Origin: an uncultured Akkermansia sp. | Lineage (GTDB): Bacteria; Verrucomicrobiota; Verrucomicrobiia; Verrucomicrobiales; Akkermansiaceae | Direction of reading: 5' to 3' | NCBI GenBank assembly: GCA_964459715.1 | Contig: CAYWNS010000001.1 | Span: 9,884 to 73,883 of the forward strand | DNA length: 64,000 bases | Shown: piece after piece, positions 19,385 to 28,986 of the stretch | Layout: each line of letters opens with the position of its first letter | How positions within the stretch are numbered: position 1 is the first letter of the stretch | Translations under genes and position numbers: made by a program | The notes under the pieces: generated by a model | Database searches by the model: none | What the model was told of the DNA's origin: nothing | The model's input: the letters and a program-made list of their open reading frames with translations, nothing else

Positions 19385-21358
19385 TTAGTAATCTTTCAAC
19401 GGGCGAGGAGAAGGAGCATTGACGTGCGGAATGGGGGACCCGCCGACCTCATCGACGTGCATGCGCAGGACACCGGCTGCCCGCTGCTTCTCCTTTTCTT
19501 CATCGCTGAGCTCCGCCTGTTGAGCCTGCTGCCGGTTCGCATCCTGCTCGCCCGGGTTCTGCTGCTCTTGCTTATCCCCTTGTTCTTGGCGGCCTTGTTG
19601 GTTTTGCTCCCCCTTGTCCTGTTCACCTTGCTGCTCCTGCGGATTTTTCCCGTCTTGTTTATCCTGTTCGCTCCGCTGATCTTTGTCGTCGTTCTTGCCC
19701 TGTTGGTCCTGCTCCTGTGGCTTGTCCTGTTGGTTCCGCTCGTTCTGCTTGCCTCCCTGATCCTGTTTGTCCTGTTTATCCTGTTGGTTCTGCTCGTCCT
19801 GCCCGCCTCCCTGATCCTGCTTATCCTGTTGATCCTGCTGGTTCTGTTGTTTTTTGCTTTTGTCTTGCTGATTTTGCTTGTCTTGTTTGTCCTCCTGATT
19901 CTGTTGATTCTGCTGGTTTTGCTGGTTTTTCAGGCGTTCGATTTCCTCCTTGAGTTTCTTGATGAGCTCTTGCACCTTATCCGCGTTGCGGCGTGCCCGG
20001 GAGAGCTGTGGGTCTGCACGCATGGCGTCGCGGTAGGAGGGAAGGACGGTCTGGAGCTCGTCCACAATTTGTTGCAGAGACTCGACGGAGGGAGGGGTGG
20101 CGGCAGCTTCACCGGAATAGAGCTCGCGCAACTTATCGAAACAGGCGAGGGCACGCTGATTGCCTAGGGCGAGATGGGCAGCTGCCTGCAACTCCGGATC
20201 GTCCGACAGCAGGGCATCCGAAAAGCACTCCCGCGCCGCGTCCACTTTCTTCTCTTTCAAAGCGGACAGACCGGCGGCGTACGCCTCCGTCGGCAGCTGC
20301 TGGGCGCGTGCTGACTCCGGGGAAAGGAGCGTGAGCAAAACGATGAGTCCTGCCACACCGCGCAGTGGGGCACGCCACCCGGTACCGAGCACGATCCCCG
20401 CCAGAGCGAGCAAGAGAGCCGGGAGGGCAAACCACGCAAAGAGGTCGTGGGGAGTGCGCCCGGCGTCGAAGTTTTCTTCATGTTCGGTCAGCTTCGCGGC
20501 GGTTTCACGGGCAAACGCGGAGAGGTCAGCCCCGGAGCCCATCAAGAAGAAGTCACCTCCTGTGGCTTGAGCGAAGCGTTGCAGGGAGGCGGAATTAAGT
20601 TTGCTGATGACGTGTTTACCGTTTGCATCTTGCCAGAGACCGTTATCGCCCTTTGGGTCGGGGATGGGACCGCCTGCCGGAGTGCCGACGCCCACGGTGA
20701 TGACGAGAATATTCTTCTTCTGGGCATCGCGGGCGGCGGTGAGCGGAGTATCCACTGTGTCCTCCCCGTCGCTCAGGAGCACGAGCGCATTGGCACCGTC
20801 CGGGGCACTGCGTGCAAAGGTGGAAACGGCGCAGCGAATAACCTGATCGAAGTTGGTACCCCCGCTACCCGCCCATTCGCGGTTGACCTGTTCGAGGGCA
20901 TCGCGCAGGGCTGTGTGGTCGTGAGTTAGGGGAACCACGAGGTCTGCCTCACCGGAGAAAACGATGAGTCCAAGCTTATCGCCCGGCAGAGCATCGATGA
21001 GCTCGTATGCGGCGGCGCGTGCCTCCTCCAGCCGGGAGGGTGCCACGTCCGCCGTCTCCATGGAACGTGAAATATCCAACGCAATGAGTAAATTCCGCCC
21101 GGTAGCGGAAGCCTGACCCGCCTCGTAACCATTGATGGGACGCGCCAGAGCCAAGATGACGCAGGCGAGCGAGAACAGGGACAGCCAAGGGGGCAGCACC
21201 TTGCGCCATCGGGGAGGGGCTAGCACGAGTTCCGGATGATCCGCCGACACCAGCGCATGCCAAGCAAGTCCTGCGCGCCGGTGCGCCCGGTACGCCAACC
21301 CGCCGAGTACTGGTAGGAGCAGTAGAGAGAGCAGAACCTCGGGATACAGAAAACTCAT
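19385..21358 (-). CDS. batB: BatB-BatC-like fusion (vWA + TPR + Q/D/K/N-rich tail)
   Basis: DISRSM MIDAS motif, PSRL, PLTHD, LLSDGED, GVGT; TPR-like region; QQNQQDKQD low-complexity tail; ends KDY. Confidence 0.8.
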   Translation of the reverse strand: MSFLYPEVLLSLLLLPVLGGLAYRAHRRAGLAWHALVSADHPELVLAPPRWRKVLPPWLSLFSLACVILALARPINGYEAGQASATGRNLLIALDISRSMETADVAPSRLEEARAAAYELIDALPGDKLGLIVFSGEADLVVPLTHDHTALRDALEQVNREWAGSGGTNFDQVIRCAVSTFARSAPDGANALVLLSDGEDTVDTPLTAARDAQKKNILVITVGVGTPAGGPIPDPKGDNGLWQDANGKHVISKLNSASLQRFAQATGGDFFLMGSGADLSAFARETAAKLTEHEENFDAGRTPHDLFAWFALPALLLALAGIVLGTGWRAPLRGVAGLIVLLTLLSPESARAQQLPTEAYAAGLSALKEKKVDAARECFSDALLSDDPELQAAAHLALGNQRALACFDKLRELYSGEAAATPPSVESLQQIVDELQTVLPSYRDAMRADPQLSRARRNADKVQELIKKLKEEIERLKNQQNQQNQQNQEDKQDKQNQQDKSKKQQNQQDQQDKQDQGGGQDEQNQQDKQDKQDQGGKQNERNQQDKPQEQDQQGKNDDKDQRSEQDKQDGKNPQEQQGEQDKGEQNQQGRQEQGDKQEQQNPGEQDANRQQAQQAELSDEEKEKQRAAGVLRMHVDEVGGSPIPHVNAPSPRPLKDY

Positions 21359-22983
21359 GGAGCAAAGCGTGTTCGCAGGTTCGTAGAGGCATACCCCAGC
21401 ACCAGCAGTATGGCGGCGAGCAGGAGCGGGTAAGTGAAAAGAGCTTCGTAGCTGACGAGACGCCGCCGCGTGGCATCTGTTTTTTCCAAAGAATCAATGC
21501 TGCGGAAAGCATCTTGGAGTTGAGCCCCGCTGCCCGCTCGGTAAAAGCGACCGCCTGTGATGTCGGCTATCTCGCGCAGCGTCTTTTCATCGAAGGTGTC
21601 CACATCCGCTGTGTACCGAGATAGACGGTCCTCTTTGCCGATGGCTATCGTAAAGATTTTTATGCCGAGTTTGGCACTTTCTTTGGCGGCATCGATGGGG
21701 GAGAGAGAGCCGCTGTTATTTGCCCCGTCGGTCACGAGGATGATGACGCGAGATTTGGTATCCGGGCGTTCATGGAGGCGTGTAGCCGCCCCGGCGATAG
21801 CGGTGCCGATGGCGGTGCCGTCCGGCTGTATATAGCCCGGGTGCTCTCCCCGCTCATCGGTAAGATAAAATTGGTCCATGATGTAACGCAGGATTTGGTG
21901 GTCGAGCGTGAGCGGACTGCACAATTTTGCCCTCCCGGCGAACGCCAGCAGACCGATGCGGTCGTTGGGGCGTTCTTCGATGAATTTCGTGATCTCATAC
22001 TTGGCGGCGGTAAGACGTGCTACCAGACCGCGCTGGACATCCCCTTCGTCCCCACGCACGGTGAAAACCATGTCACGCAGCCCCATGGACCCGGAAAGGT
22101 CGCAAGCTATCATAATGTCAATGCCGCTCACTTTCTGTTCGTCGTGCTCGTGCCGCCAACGCGGTTGGGCTAGCGCGATGATCATGCACGCGACGGCCAA
22201 GGTATAACAAATGGGACCGAGCCATCCGGCGAGGGAGTGTGGCGGGCGCAGCAGGTGGCGCACAAGGGAGAGCGTGGGCAAACAGATGGCACCGTCCGCC
22301 CCACGACGCTTTCTCAGGAGGAAGAGCGGCACGATGAGGAGGAGGAGCCAGAGCCACCCCGGGCTTCCCCACACGAGCTCACGCGTGGCGGCTCCGGCGG
22401 CGAACAGCGGCAGCATACAATGCGACTCGGCGGCTTGCGCGGTGGGTTGGGCGGCAGGTTGGGCGTCCGTGAAGTCGCGGATGCGGATAAGGAGCTCCCG
22501 CGCGCGGGCACAGAGGGCATCGGCTTCGGTGGGGGCTTGCGTGTCGCTCGCCGCGTATTTGTATTCGGCGAGCTGCTCGAGCAAATCCTGCACGGGAAGA
22601 CGCAGCTGTTCCGGCACGGCAGAGAGCGAATCGATGCGCCGACTGAACTCCTCGTGAGTTTCATACAATGCGGGGTCGTGCAATTCCCCTTGCAGGTAAC
22701 GTCGCAGAATGAGAGAGAGTTGCAGGCAGAACTCCCGCAGGAGAGCCGGACGGCTTTTCTCCAACTGCTCCAGTGCTTCCAACGCTTGTTGAGCCGGTGG
22801 AATCGGGGCGACTTCGCGCTTTTTGCGCCGCCGCCGGAGGATGAACCACAGCAGCCCGAGCGCGAGTACGAGCACTGCGACACCCACCCACCACCAAACG
22901 GTCGACGTCGCAAATAGTTCGGCGGGGAGCTCGGGTTCGAGCTCCGGTATGCTGTCAACTATCGTCGTGGGTGAAGGTGGCAT
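21355..22983 (-). CDS. batA: BatA vWA protein fused to an N-terminal DUF4381-like domain
   Basis: N-terminal TM plus LSLILRRYL...ETHEEF...KYA region, then ALAQP, DLSGSM, DRIGL, PLTLD, GTAIG, VTDGANNSG and TGGRFYRA. Confidence 0.85.
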   Translation of the reverse strand: MPPSPTTIVDSIPELEPELPAELFATSTVWWWVGVAVLVLALGLLWFILRRRRKKREVAPIPPAQQALEALEQLEKSRPALLREFCLQLSLILRRYLQGELHDPALYETHEEFSRRIDSLSAVPEQLRLPVQDLLEQLAEYKYAASDTQAPTEADALCARARELLIRIRDFTDAQPAAQPTAQAAESHCMLPLFAAGAATRELVWGSPGWLWLLLLIVPLFLLRKRRGADGAICLPTLSLVRHLLRPPHSLAGWLGPICYTLAVACMIIALAQPRWRHEHDEQKVSGIDIMIACDLSGSMGLRDMVFTVRGDEGDVQRGLVARLTAAKYEITKFIEERPNDRIGLLAFAGRAKLCSPLTLDHQILRYIMDQFYLTDERGEHPGYIQPDGTAIGTAIAGAATRLHERPDTKSRVIILVTDGANNSGSLSPIDAAKESAKLGIKIFTIAIGKEDRLSRYTADVDTFDEKTLREIADITGGRFYRAGSGAQLQDAFRSIDSLEKTDATRRRLVSYEALFTYPLLLAAILLVLGYASTNLRTRFAP

Positions 22984-22985
22984 AT

Positions 22986-23876
22986 TCAGCGCAGAAAGAG
23001 ACGGCTGCGGCGTTTGAAGAGGGCACGCAGACGCGGCATAAAGTCGACGTGGGTGAGGAGTTCGAGCCGGTCAATAGCGAGCCGGTCGAATATTTTGTCC
23101 CACTCGGCATAGTGGGCGCGCACGCATTGGGCATGCTCTGCGCGCAGGGATGAGCTGTTCAAGTCGGCACACAGTTGTTCACCGGATTCGGGGTCGAGGG
23201 CATGGATGCGACCCGCCGCCGGTAGGTTCAATTCCAGCGCGTCGTTTACGCGCACAGGGATGAGCTCGTGACGAAAGTTGAGTCGCCCGATAGCCTCTTT
23301 GTCCGGCGCAATGAGAAAGTCACTCAACATGACCAGCAGGGTTTTTTTACGCTGCGTGCGCAGAAGTTCATCGACCACGAGCGACACCTCTTCGCCCTTT
23401 CCTCCGGGTGGTGCCGCGAGGATAGCACGGAGGACGCGTAAGTACTGACGCGCCCCCTTGGCGGGTGGCAAGTAGAAATGCGGGGAACATCCGAAGAGGA
23501 GCAGTCCTGTCTTATCGCCGTTCAACGCCGCGCTGTACGCCAGGGTGGTGGCAATGCGCGCCGCGTATTCTAACTTGGAATCCGGACTCGTACCACCGGC
23601 GTAGCGCATGGATGCGCTGGCATCCACTGCCAAGAGAAGTGCTTGCTCGCGCTCCTCGTGGAATTTGCGTACGTAGGGGGTGCCGGTGCGGGCGGTGACT
23701 TTCCAGTCGATGAAGCGCGGCTCGTCTCCCGGCGTGTATTCACGAAATTCATCGAAATCGAGCCCCTGTCCGCGAAACCCGGAACGATAAAGACCGGCGA
23801 AGGTAGCAGTCACCAAGCGACGCGCCTGCATTTCGATGCGTCGCACACGCTGCATAATGTCCTGCGTCTTATCCAT
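22986..23876 (-). CDS. DUF58 protein
   Basis: GQGLDFDEFREYTPGDEPRFIDWKVTAR, VDASASM and LSDF motifs. Confidence 0.9.
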   Translation of the reverse strand: MDKTQDIMQRVRRIEMQARRLVTATFAGLYRSGFRGQGLDFDEFREYTPGDEPRFIDWKVTARTGTPYVRKFHEEREQALLLAVDASASMRYAGGTSPDSKLEYAARIATTLAYSAALNGDKTGLLLFGCSPHFYLPPAKGARQYLRVLRAILAAPPGGKGEEVSLVVDELLRTQRKKTLLVMLSDFLIAPDKEAIGRLNFRHELIPVRVNDALELNLPAAGRIHALDPESGEQLCADLNSSSLRAEHAQCVRAHYAEWDKIFDRLAIDRLELLTHVDFMPRLRALFKRRSRLFLR

Positions 23877-23897
23877 CGCGTCTACTGCACCCGGGCG

Positions 23898-24887
23898 TCA
23901 CGGTACCGGCACTTTGGAGAGGATGCGGTCGATGACATCATCCGCAGTTACGTTGGCAGCCTCCGCTTCGTAGGAGAGCAGAATGCGGTGTCGGAGGATG
24001 TCGTGCGCGAGGTCTTTCACATCCTGCGGGGTCACGTAACTGCGTTGATGGGTGAATGCCAATGCTTTGGATGCCAAGGCGATGTTGATGGTGGCACGCG
24101 GGGAAGCCCCGGCACGCACCATGCCCCCCAAACTGCGGTCCACTTTCTCCGGGGTGCGCGTCGTGCGTACCAAGTCCACGATGTAGCTCTGCACAGCTTG
24201 GTCGATGAAGATGCGGTCTATCAACTCGCGGGATGCTTCGATGTCCCGCACTTCCACCACCGGTTGGGTCGTTGGTTTGGGTGCTATGCTGCCCATGAGG
24301 GCGAGTACTTGGAGCTCTTCGTCCCGGGAGGGGTAATCCACGATGACCTTGAAGAGGAAGCGGTCTAACTGAGCCTCCGGCAGCTGGTAAGTACCCTCCT
24401 GCTCGATGGGGTTCTGCGTTGCCAGCACGAGGAAGGGGTCGGGCAGGGCATGACTTGTTTCCCCCAGAGTGACCTGCCGCTCCTGCATGGCTTCCAACAG
24501 GGCACTTTGTACTTTTGCCGGTGCGCGGTTGATTTCATCCGCTAGGATCAAATTGGCGAAGACGGGACCCTTCTTGGGTGAAAATTGCCGCAATTCGGGG
24601 TTGTAGACCATGGTGCCTATGAGGTCGGCAGGCAGCAAGTCCGGGGTGAATTGTATGCGCGAAAACTTCGCGTGCATCGTCCCTGCCAGTGCCCTTACCG
24701 ATAGAGTTTTTGCCAGACCGGGTACCCCTTCCAAGAGTACGTGCCCCTTGCACAATAAACTGAGTATGAGACGCGAGATTAGTGCTTGCTGTCCCACCAC
24801 CACTTTGCCGATTTCCATCCTGACTGCCGTCAACCAGCCGGACCGCTGCACTATCTCGTCGGTCAATTCCTTCGTGTTCGTTTCCAT
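23898..24887 (-). CDS. moxR: MoxR-family AAA+ ATPase
   Basis: LLEGVPGLAKT, RIQFTPDLLPAD, DEINRAPAKVQSALLEAMQE, TQNPIEQEGTY. Start METNTKEL at 24887. Confidence 0.95.
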   Translation of the reverse strand: METNTKELTDEIVQRSGWLTAVRMEIGKVVVGQQALISRLILSLLCKGHVLLEGVPGLAKTLSVRALAGTMHAKFSRIQFTPDLLPADLIGTMVYNPELRQFSPKKGPVFANLILADEINRAPAKVQSALLEAMQERQVTLGETSHALPDPFLVLATQNPIEQEGTYQLPEAQLDRFLFKVIVDYPSRDEELQVLALMGSIAPKPTTQPVVEVRDIEASRELIDRIFIDQAVQSYIVDLVRTTRTPEKVDRSLGGMVRAGASPRATINIALASKALAFTHQRSYVTPQDVKDLAHDILRHRILLSYEAEAANVTADDVIDRILSKVPVP

Positions 24888-24899
24888 AAGCTCCCGTCT

Positions 24900-24927
24900 A
24901 GCATACCACATACCCGCCACTTTGCAA
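24900..24927 (-). promoter_or_regulatory. Putative sigma70 promoter of moxR/Bat operon
   Basis: TTGCAA-16-TATGCT with an extended -10 TG. Confidence 0.55.
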
Positions 24928-24947
24928 GCCCCCACCACGAGGCACAC

Positions 24948-25514
24948 CACACCTGTCCCAAGAAAAATACGAGCTTCGTGGTGGGCGATAACTGTGCGGC
25001 AGGAAGACAGGGAGGTGATCAAGTACGAGGTACGAAGTACGAAGTACGAAGTGAAGGAGTTAGGCGCAACGGAGTTGCGCAGGGGAGTTGGAGGGAGGCA
25101 AAGCCGAAACGACGCGGAGGGAATAAATCAGAGCACCCGTGAGGTTGAAGCCCCCTTAGTACGCAGAGCGTCTGTAACCCGCATGGGGATTAGCACCGCA
25201 GCGTTTTTTGAGAATTTTATTGGGACAGGTGTGGTCCCAAATAAATTAGGCACTCAGAGTAGAGCGATAACTTCTTCACGTGGAAGCACGGAGGTGATCA
25301 AGTACGAGGTACGAAGTGCGAAGTACGAAATGAAGGAGTTAGGCGCAACGGAGTTGCGCGGGCAGGACGGGAGGAGGCAAAGCCGGAGCGAGGCGCGGAG
25401 ACCAAAGCCATGCGGTTGTGAGTTGGGTACTCCCCGTGGTACGCGGAGCGTGTGAAAACCGTCCGGGGATTAGCATTGCAACGTTATTTCGCAAATTTTC
25501 ACGGGACACGCGTG
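24948..25514 (+). mobile_element. Head-to-tail dimer of family I repeats (24948-25233, 25234-25514)
   Basis: Two complete internal bodies. The second copy begins GTCCCAAATAAAT directly after the first right TIR. Confidence 0.85.
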
Positions 25515-25617
25515 ACCGAGTGGCGTGACAGTACTTGTTCTGTGTCCCGCGCTCCTTGGGGGCTTTGCTCTAAGCATTTATTTTTGAGGGCAGAGGCGGA
25601 AAGTTGGCGGTATACGC

Positions 25618-25646
25618 TTGCTTTTAACGGTGGGGGGTGGTAGAAT
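25618..25646 (+). promoter_or_regulatory. Putative sigma70 promoter of nuoD-N operon
   Basis: TTGCTT-17-TAGAAT with an extended -10 TG. Confidence 0.6.
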
Positions 25647-25690
25647 GAGGGCGACGCCGCGAGTGCGGGGGAAACGGGCAGAAGCAAAGC

Positions 25691-26935
25691 ATGAAAACGA
25701 CCAAGGTGATAGAAGTGCCGGACGTAGGGGATGCCGGATTAGAGAACCTGAGGGAAGATGCGGAGCTGCCGCATGAGTTGGTGACGCTCAACATGGGGCC
25801 GTCACACCCGGCGACGCATGGGGTGTTGCGGCTGAAGCTGGTGTTGGACGGGGAGGAGATCGTGAGCTGCGACCCCGTCATCGGGTACCTGCACCGGGGC
25901 ATGGAAAAGATCGCGGAGAATTGCCACTACAACCAATTTGTGCCCTACACAGATCGGTTGGACTATTTGGCACCGATGAGCAACAATATCGCGTTTGCGT
26001 GCGCGGTGGAAAAGCTGCTCGGGTGGGAGTTACCGGAGCGAGGGCAAGCCATCCGCGTGCTCTGCGCGGAGCTCTCACGCATATCGTCCTACTTCTTGGG
26101 ACTGGGGGTGTACGCGATGGACACCGGGGCGATGACCGTCTTTTTGTACTGCTACGAAGAGAAGGAGAAGGTGCACAACTTCTACGAAAAAATCTGCGGG
26201 GCGAGATTTACGTCGAGCTACACGCGCATCGGGGGGATGACGAGAGACCTGCCGCAGGGCTTTGAGAAAGAAGTGCTCGCGTTTTGTGATTCGGCGGAAA
26301 AGACGGTGGACGAGGTACGGCGGCTCCTGCTGCACAACCGGGTATTTATCGACCGTTTGGTAGGCGTGGGGGTCATTACACGCGAGATGGCGTTGCAGAA
26401 TGGCATGACGGGACCGAACCTGCGGGCGAGCGGCGTGAAACGAGACCTGCGCAAGACCAATCCCTACCTCGGGTACGAAAAGTACGAATTTGACGTCCCT
26501 GTAGCGGAGGAAGGGGATTGCTACGCGCGTTTTCAGCTACGCTTGGAAGAGATACTGCAATCCGTGCGCATCATTCGCCAAGTCTGTGAAACGATACCGT
26601 CCGGTCCGATATGTGTGCAGGGAGAACACGGAGTGCTGCCGAACAAGGAAGATGTGCTGCAAGGGATCGAGGAGCTGATAGCCCAATTTATGGTCAGCAC
26701 GCAGAGTGTGAACGCGCCAGCCGGGCAGGTATTTTTCGCGGCGGAGAACCCGAAGGGAGAATTAGGATTTTTCATTGATTCGAAGGGAGGGGGAACACCG
26801 AATCGCCTCAAGATGCGCAGTCCGTCCTTTTGCACGCTCTCCATGTTGCCGGAGTTACTTCCCGGGCATTTGGTCAGCGACATAGGAGCCATCCTAGGTT
26901 CTTTCGACTTTGTGCAAGGCGAATGCGACCGCTGA
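25691..26935 (+). CDS. nuoD: NADH-quinone oxidoreductase subunit D
   Basis: NMGPSHPATHGVLRL, GYLHRGMEK, DRLDY, ENPKGELG; ends GECDR. Confidence 0.97.
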   Translation: MKTTKVIEVPDVGDAGLENLREDAELPHELVTLNMGPSHPATHGVLRLKLVLDGEEIVSCDPVIGYLHRGMEKIAENCHYNQFVPYTDRLDYLAPMSNNIAFACAVEKLLGWELPERGQAIRVLCAELSRISSYFLGLGVYAMDTGAMTVFLYCYEEKEKVHNFYEKICGARFTSSYTRIGGMTRDLPQGFEKEVLAFCDSAEKTVDEVRRLLLHNRVFIDRLVGVGVITREMALQNGMTGPNLRASGVKRDLRKTNPYLGYEKYEFDVPVAEEGDCYARFQLRLEEILQSVRIIRQVCETIPSGPICVQGEHGVLPNKEDVLQGIEELIAQFMVSTQSVNAPAGQVFFAAENPKGELGFFIDSKGGGTPNRLKMRSPSFCTLSMLPELLPGHLVSDIGAILGSFDFVQGECDR

Positions 26936-26963
26936 CCCCGCAGAAACCACATACCACACCGCC

Positions 26964-27545
26964 ATGAATGAGCAACAAGATGTTCTAGCCGCCCTTGCCG
27001 AAGAAAGGCATAGCCCGGGGGAAAAGTACTACGAGCCCTTTGCGGTAACGCCTGAATTGACGGCTGAAGCGGAGAAATACTTGGGTATGTACCCCGAAGG
27101 GAAAGAGCAGTCCGCCGTGCTGCCCCTCATCCACCTCGTGCAGGAAAAGCACGGCTACATCTCCCCGAAAAGTGTACTCTGGATAGCGGATATGTGCAAG
27201 AGCACGCCCATCCATGTGCAGGGCATCGTGAGCTTTTACCCGGGAATACGGACGAAGTGTCCGGGCAAGTGGCACATTCGGGTATGCCATACGATAGCCT
27301 GCGCTCTGAGCGGCGGAGAGGAGTTGCTGACCGACATTTGTAAGAGAATCGGGATAGCCCCGGAAGCGTTGACTGAGAGAGAGCCGATGGCGGTGAGCGC
27401 GGACGGACTCTGGAGTATCGAGGCGGTGGAATGTTTGGCAGCCTGTGGGTTCGGACCGAACCTCATGATCAACGATACCCTCTACAGCCGGGTTGATGCG
27501 GCGAAGGTAGAAGCCCTCCTCGCCGAGTACGCAGAGAAAGCATGA
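26964..27545 (+). CDS. nuoE: NADH-quinone oxidoreductase subunit E
   Basis: VCHTIAC...ECLAAC 2Fe-2S ligands. Confidence 0.93.
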   Translation: MNEQQDVLAALAEERHSPGEKYYEPFAVTPELTAEAEKYLGMYPEGKEQSAVLPLIHLVQEKHGYISPKSVLWIADMCKSTPIHVQGIVSFYPGIRTKCPGKWHIRVCHTIACALSGGEELLTDICKRIGIAPEALTEREPMAVSADGLWSIEAVECLAACGFGPNLMINDTLYSRVDAAKVEALLAEYAEKA

Positions 27546-27560
27546 AATGAGAGACAAGTC

Positions 27561-28970
27561 ATGAGTGAAATCACCTACAAACCCGGTTGCGAACCCCACC
27601 CACGGGAAACGCGGCGTATTTTTCGCAATATCGACCGTGTGGGGTACAGCCCCGCGATCGAGAGCTTCATCGCCGATGGTGGCTATGAAACCCTCAAAAA
27701 AGTCATGGCGATGCAACCGGGAGCCGTCATCGACGAAGTCAAGAAGAGCGGTTTACGTGGACGCGGCGGGGCAGGTTTCCCGACCGGCGTGAAATGGACA
27801 TTTATCCCGAAAGGCAACACGAAGCCGGTTTACTTGATCTGCAACTGCGATGAATCGGAACCCGGTACCTTCAAAGACCGCTTTATCGTACACCAAGACC
27901 CGCACCAACTCATTGAAGGTATGGTGATAGCCTGCTACGCGGTACAGGCGCACTACGCCATCATCTACATGCGGGAGGAATTTCCGGAGGCAGCCAAGAT
28001 CGTGCGGCGAGCACTCGAAGAAGCGGAGGAGCACCACTTCTTGGGGGAAAATATCTTGGGGAGTGGATATGACCTACGCATTATCTTACACCGGGGAGCC
28101 GGGGCGTACATCTGCGGCGAGGAAACGGGACTCATCAACTCCATCGAGGGAGTGCGTCCCTACCCGCGCATCAAACCGCCCTACTTCCCTGCCGCCATCG
28201 GACTCTATGGCTGCCCGACCATCGTGAACAACGTGGAGAGTCTCTGCCAGGTGCGGCAGGTACTCATGCGGGGGGGGGAAGTGTACGCGCGAGACGGAGC
28301 CACGCGCAGCCCGGGCACCCGAATCATCGGCGTTTCGGGCGATGTACAGCGTCCCGGGTACTACGAAATCATCTCCGGCTCTGTCACCTACGGGGAATTA
28401 CTTTACGACATGTGCGGCGGACCCAAACCGGGGCGGACATTTAAGGCGATCATTCCCGGGGGAGCCAGTGCCAAAGTGATGAAATGCACGGAAGAGCTCC
28501 GAGGACGCAACCCGGATGGCAGCGTGCGCAAAATGAGTATTTTTGACGTACCGATGGACTTGGACAGCATCGCGCAACACGGCTCGATGAGCGGCTCGGG
28601 GGGAGTCATCGTGATGGATGATTCACGCAGTATGCCGGAGATGCTGCGCAATCTCAATCGCTTCTTCGCGTGGGAATCCTGCGGGCAATGTACCCCCTGT
28701 CGGGAAGGCAACCCGTGGATGCTCAAGTTGAGCACACGCATCTGCGAAGGCAAAGCGTCACCGGAAGATGTAGACTTGCTGAAGAGTGTGGCGGATAACA
28801 TCTGTGGGCGGACCGTATGCGCGTTTGGGGAAGCGTGCTCGTGGCCGGTGCAGGCGTTCACGAGTAAATTCCGAGATGAATTTTTGGCACTGACGAAAGA
28901 AGTCAACGCGCACAAGGCGCACAGTCCGGAAAGCGCAGAAGCTCGCAAATACCTGAGACGCGAGAAATAA
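27561..28970 (+). CDS. nuoF: NADH-quinone oxidoreductase subunit F
   Basis: LRGRGGAGFPTG, DESEPGTFKDR, GAGAYICGEETG, ESCGQCTPCREG. Confidence 0.97.
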   Translation: MSEITYKPGCEPHPRETRRIFRNIDRVGYSPAIESFIADGGYETLKKVMAMQPGAVIDEVKKSGLRGRGGAGFPTGVKWTFIPKGNTKPVYLICNCDESEPGTFKDRFIVHQDPHQLIEGMVIACYAVQAHYAIIYMREEFPEAAKIVRRALEEAEEHHFLGENILGSGYDLRIILHRGAGAYICGEETGLINSIEGVRPYPRIKPPYFPAAIGLYGCPTIVNNVESLCQVRQVLMRGGEVYARDGATRSPGTRIIGVSGDVQRPGYYEIISGSVTYGELLYDMCGGPKPGRTFKAIIPGGASAKVMKCTEELRGRNPDGSVRKMSIFDVPMDLDSIAQHGSMSGSGGVIVMDDSRSMPEMLRNLNRFFAWESCGQCTPCREGNPWMLKLSTRICEGKASPEDVDLLKSVADNICGRTVCAFGEACSWPVQAFTSKFRDEFLALTKEVNAHKAHSPESAEARKYLRREK

Positions 28971-28986
28971 TACTCCATAGCAGACC

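Noticed and set aside
18743-20167. 474-aa Leu-rich + strand ORF
   Set aside because: Antisense shadow of the Gln/Asp/Lys-rich BatC tail.
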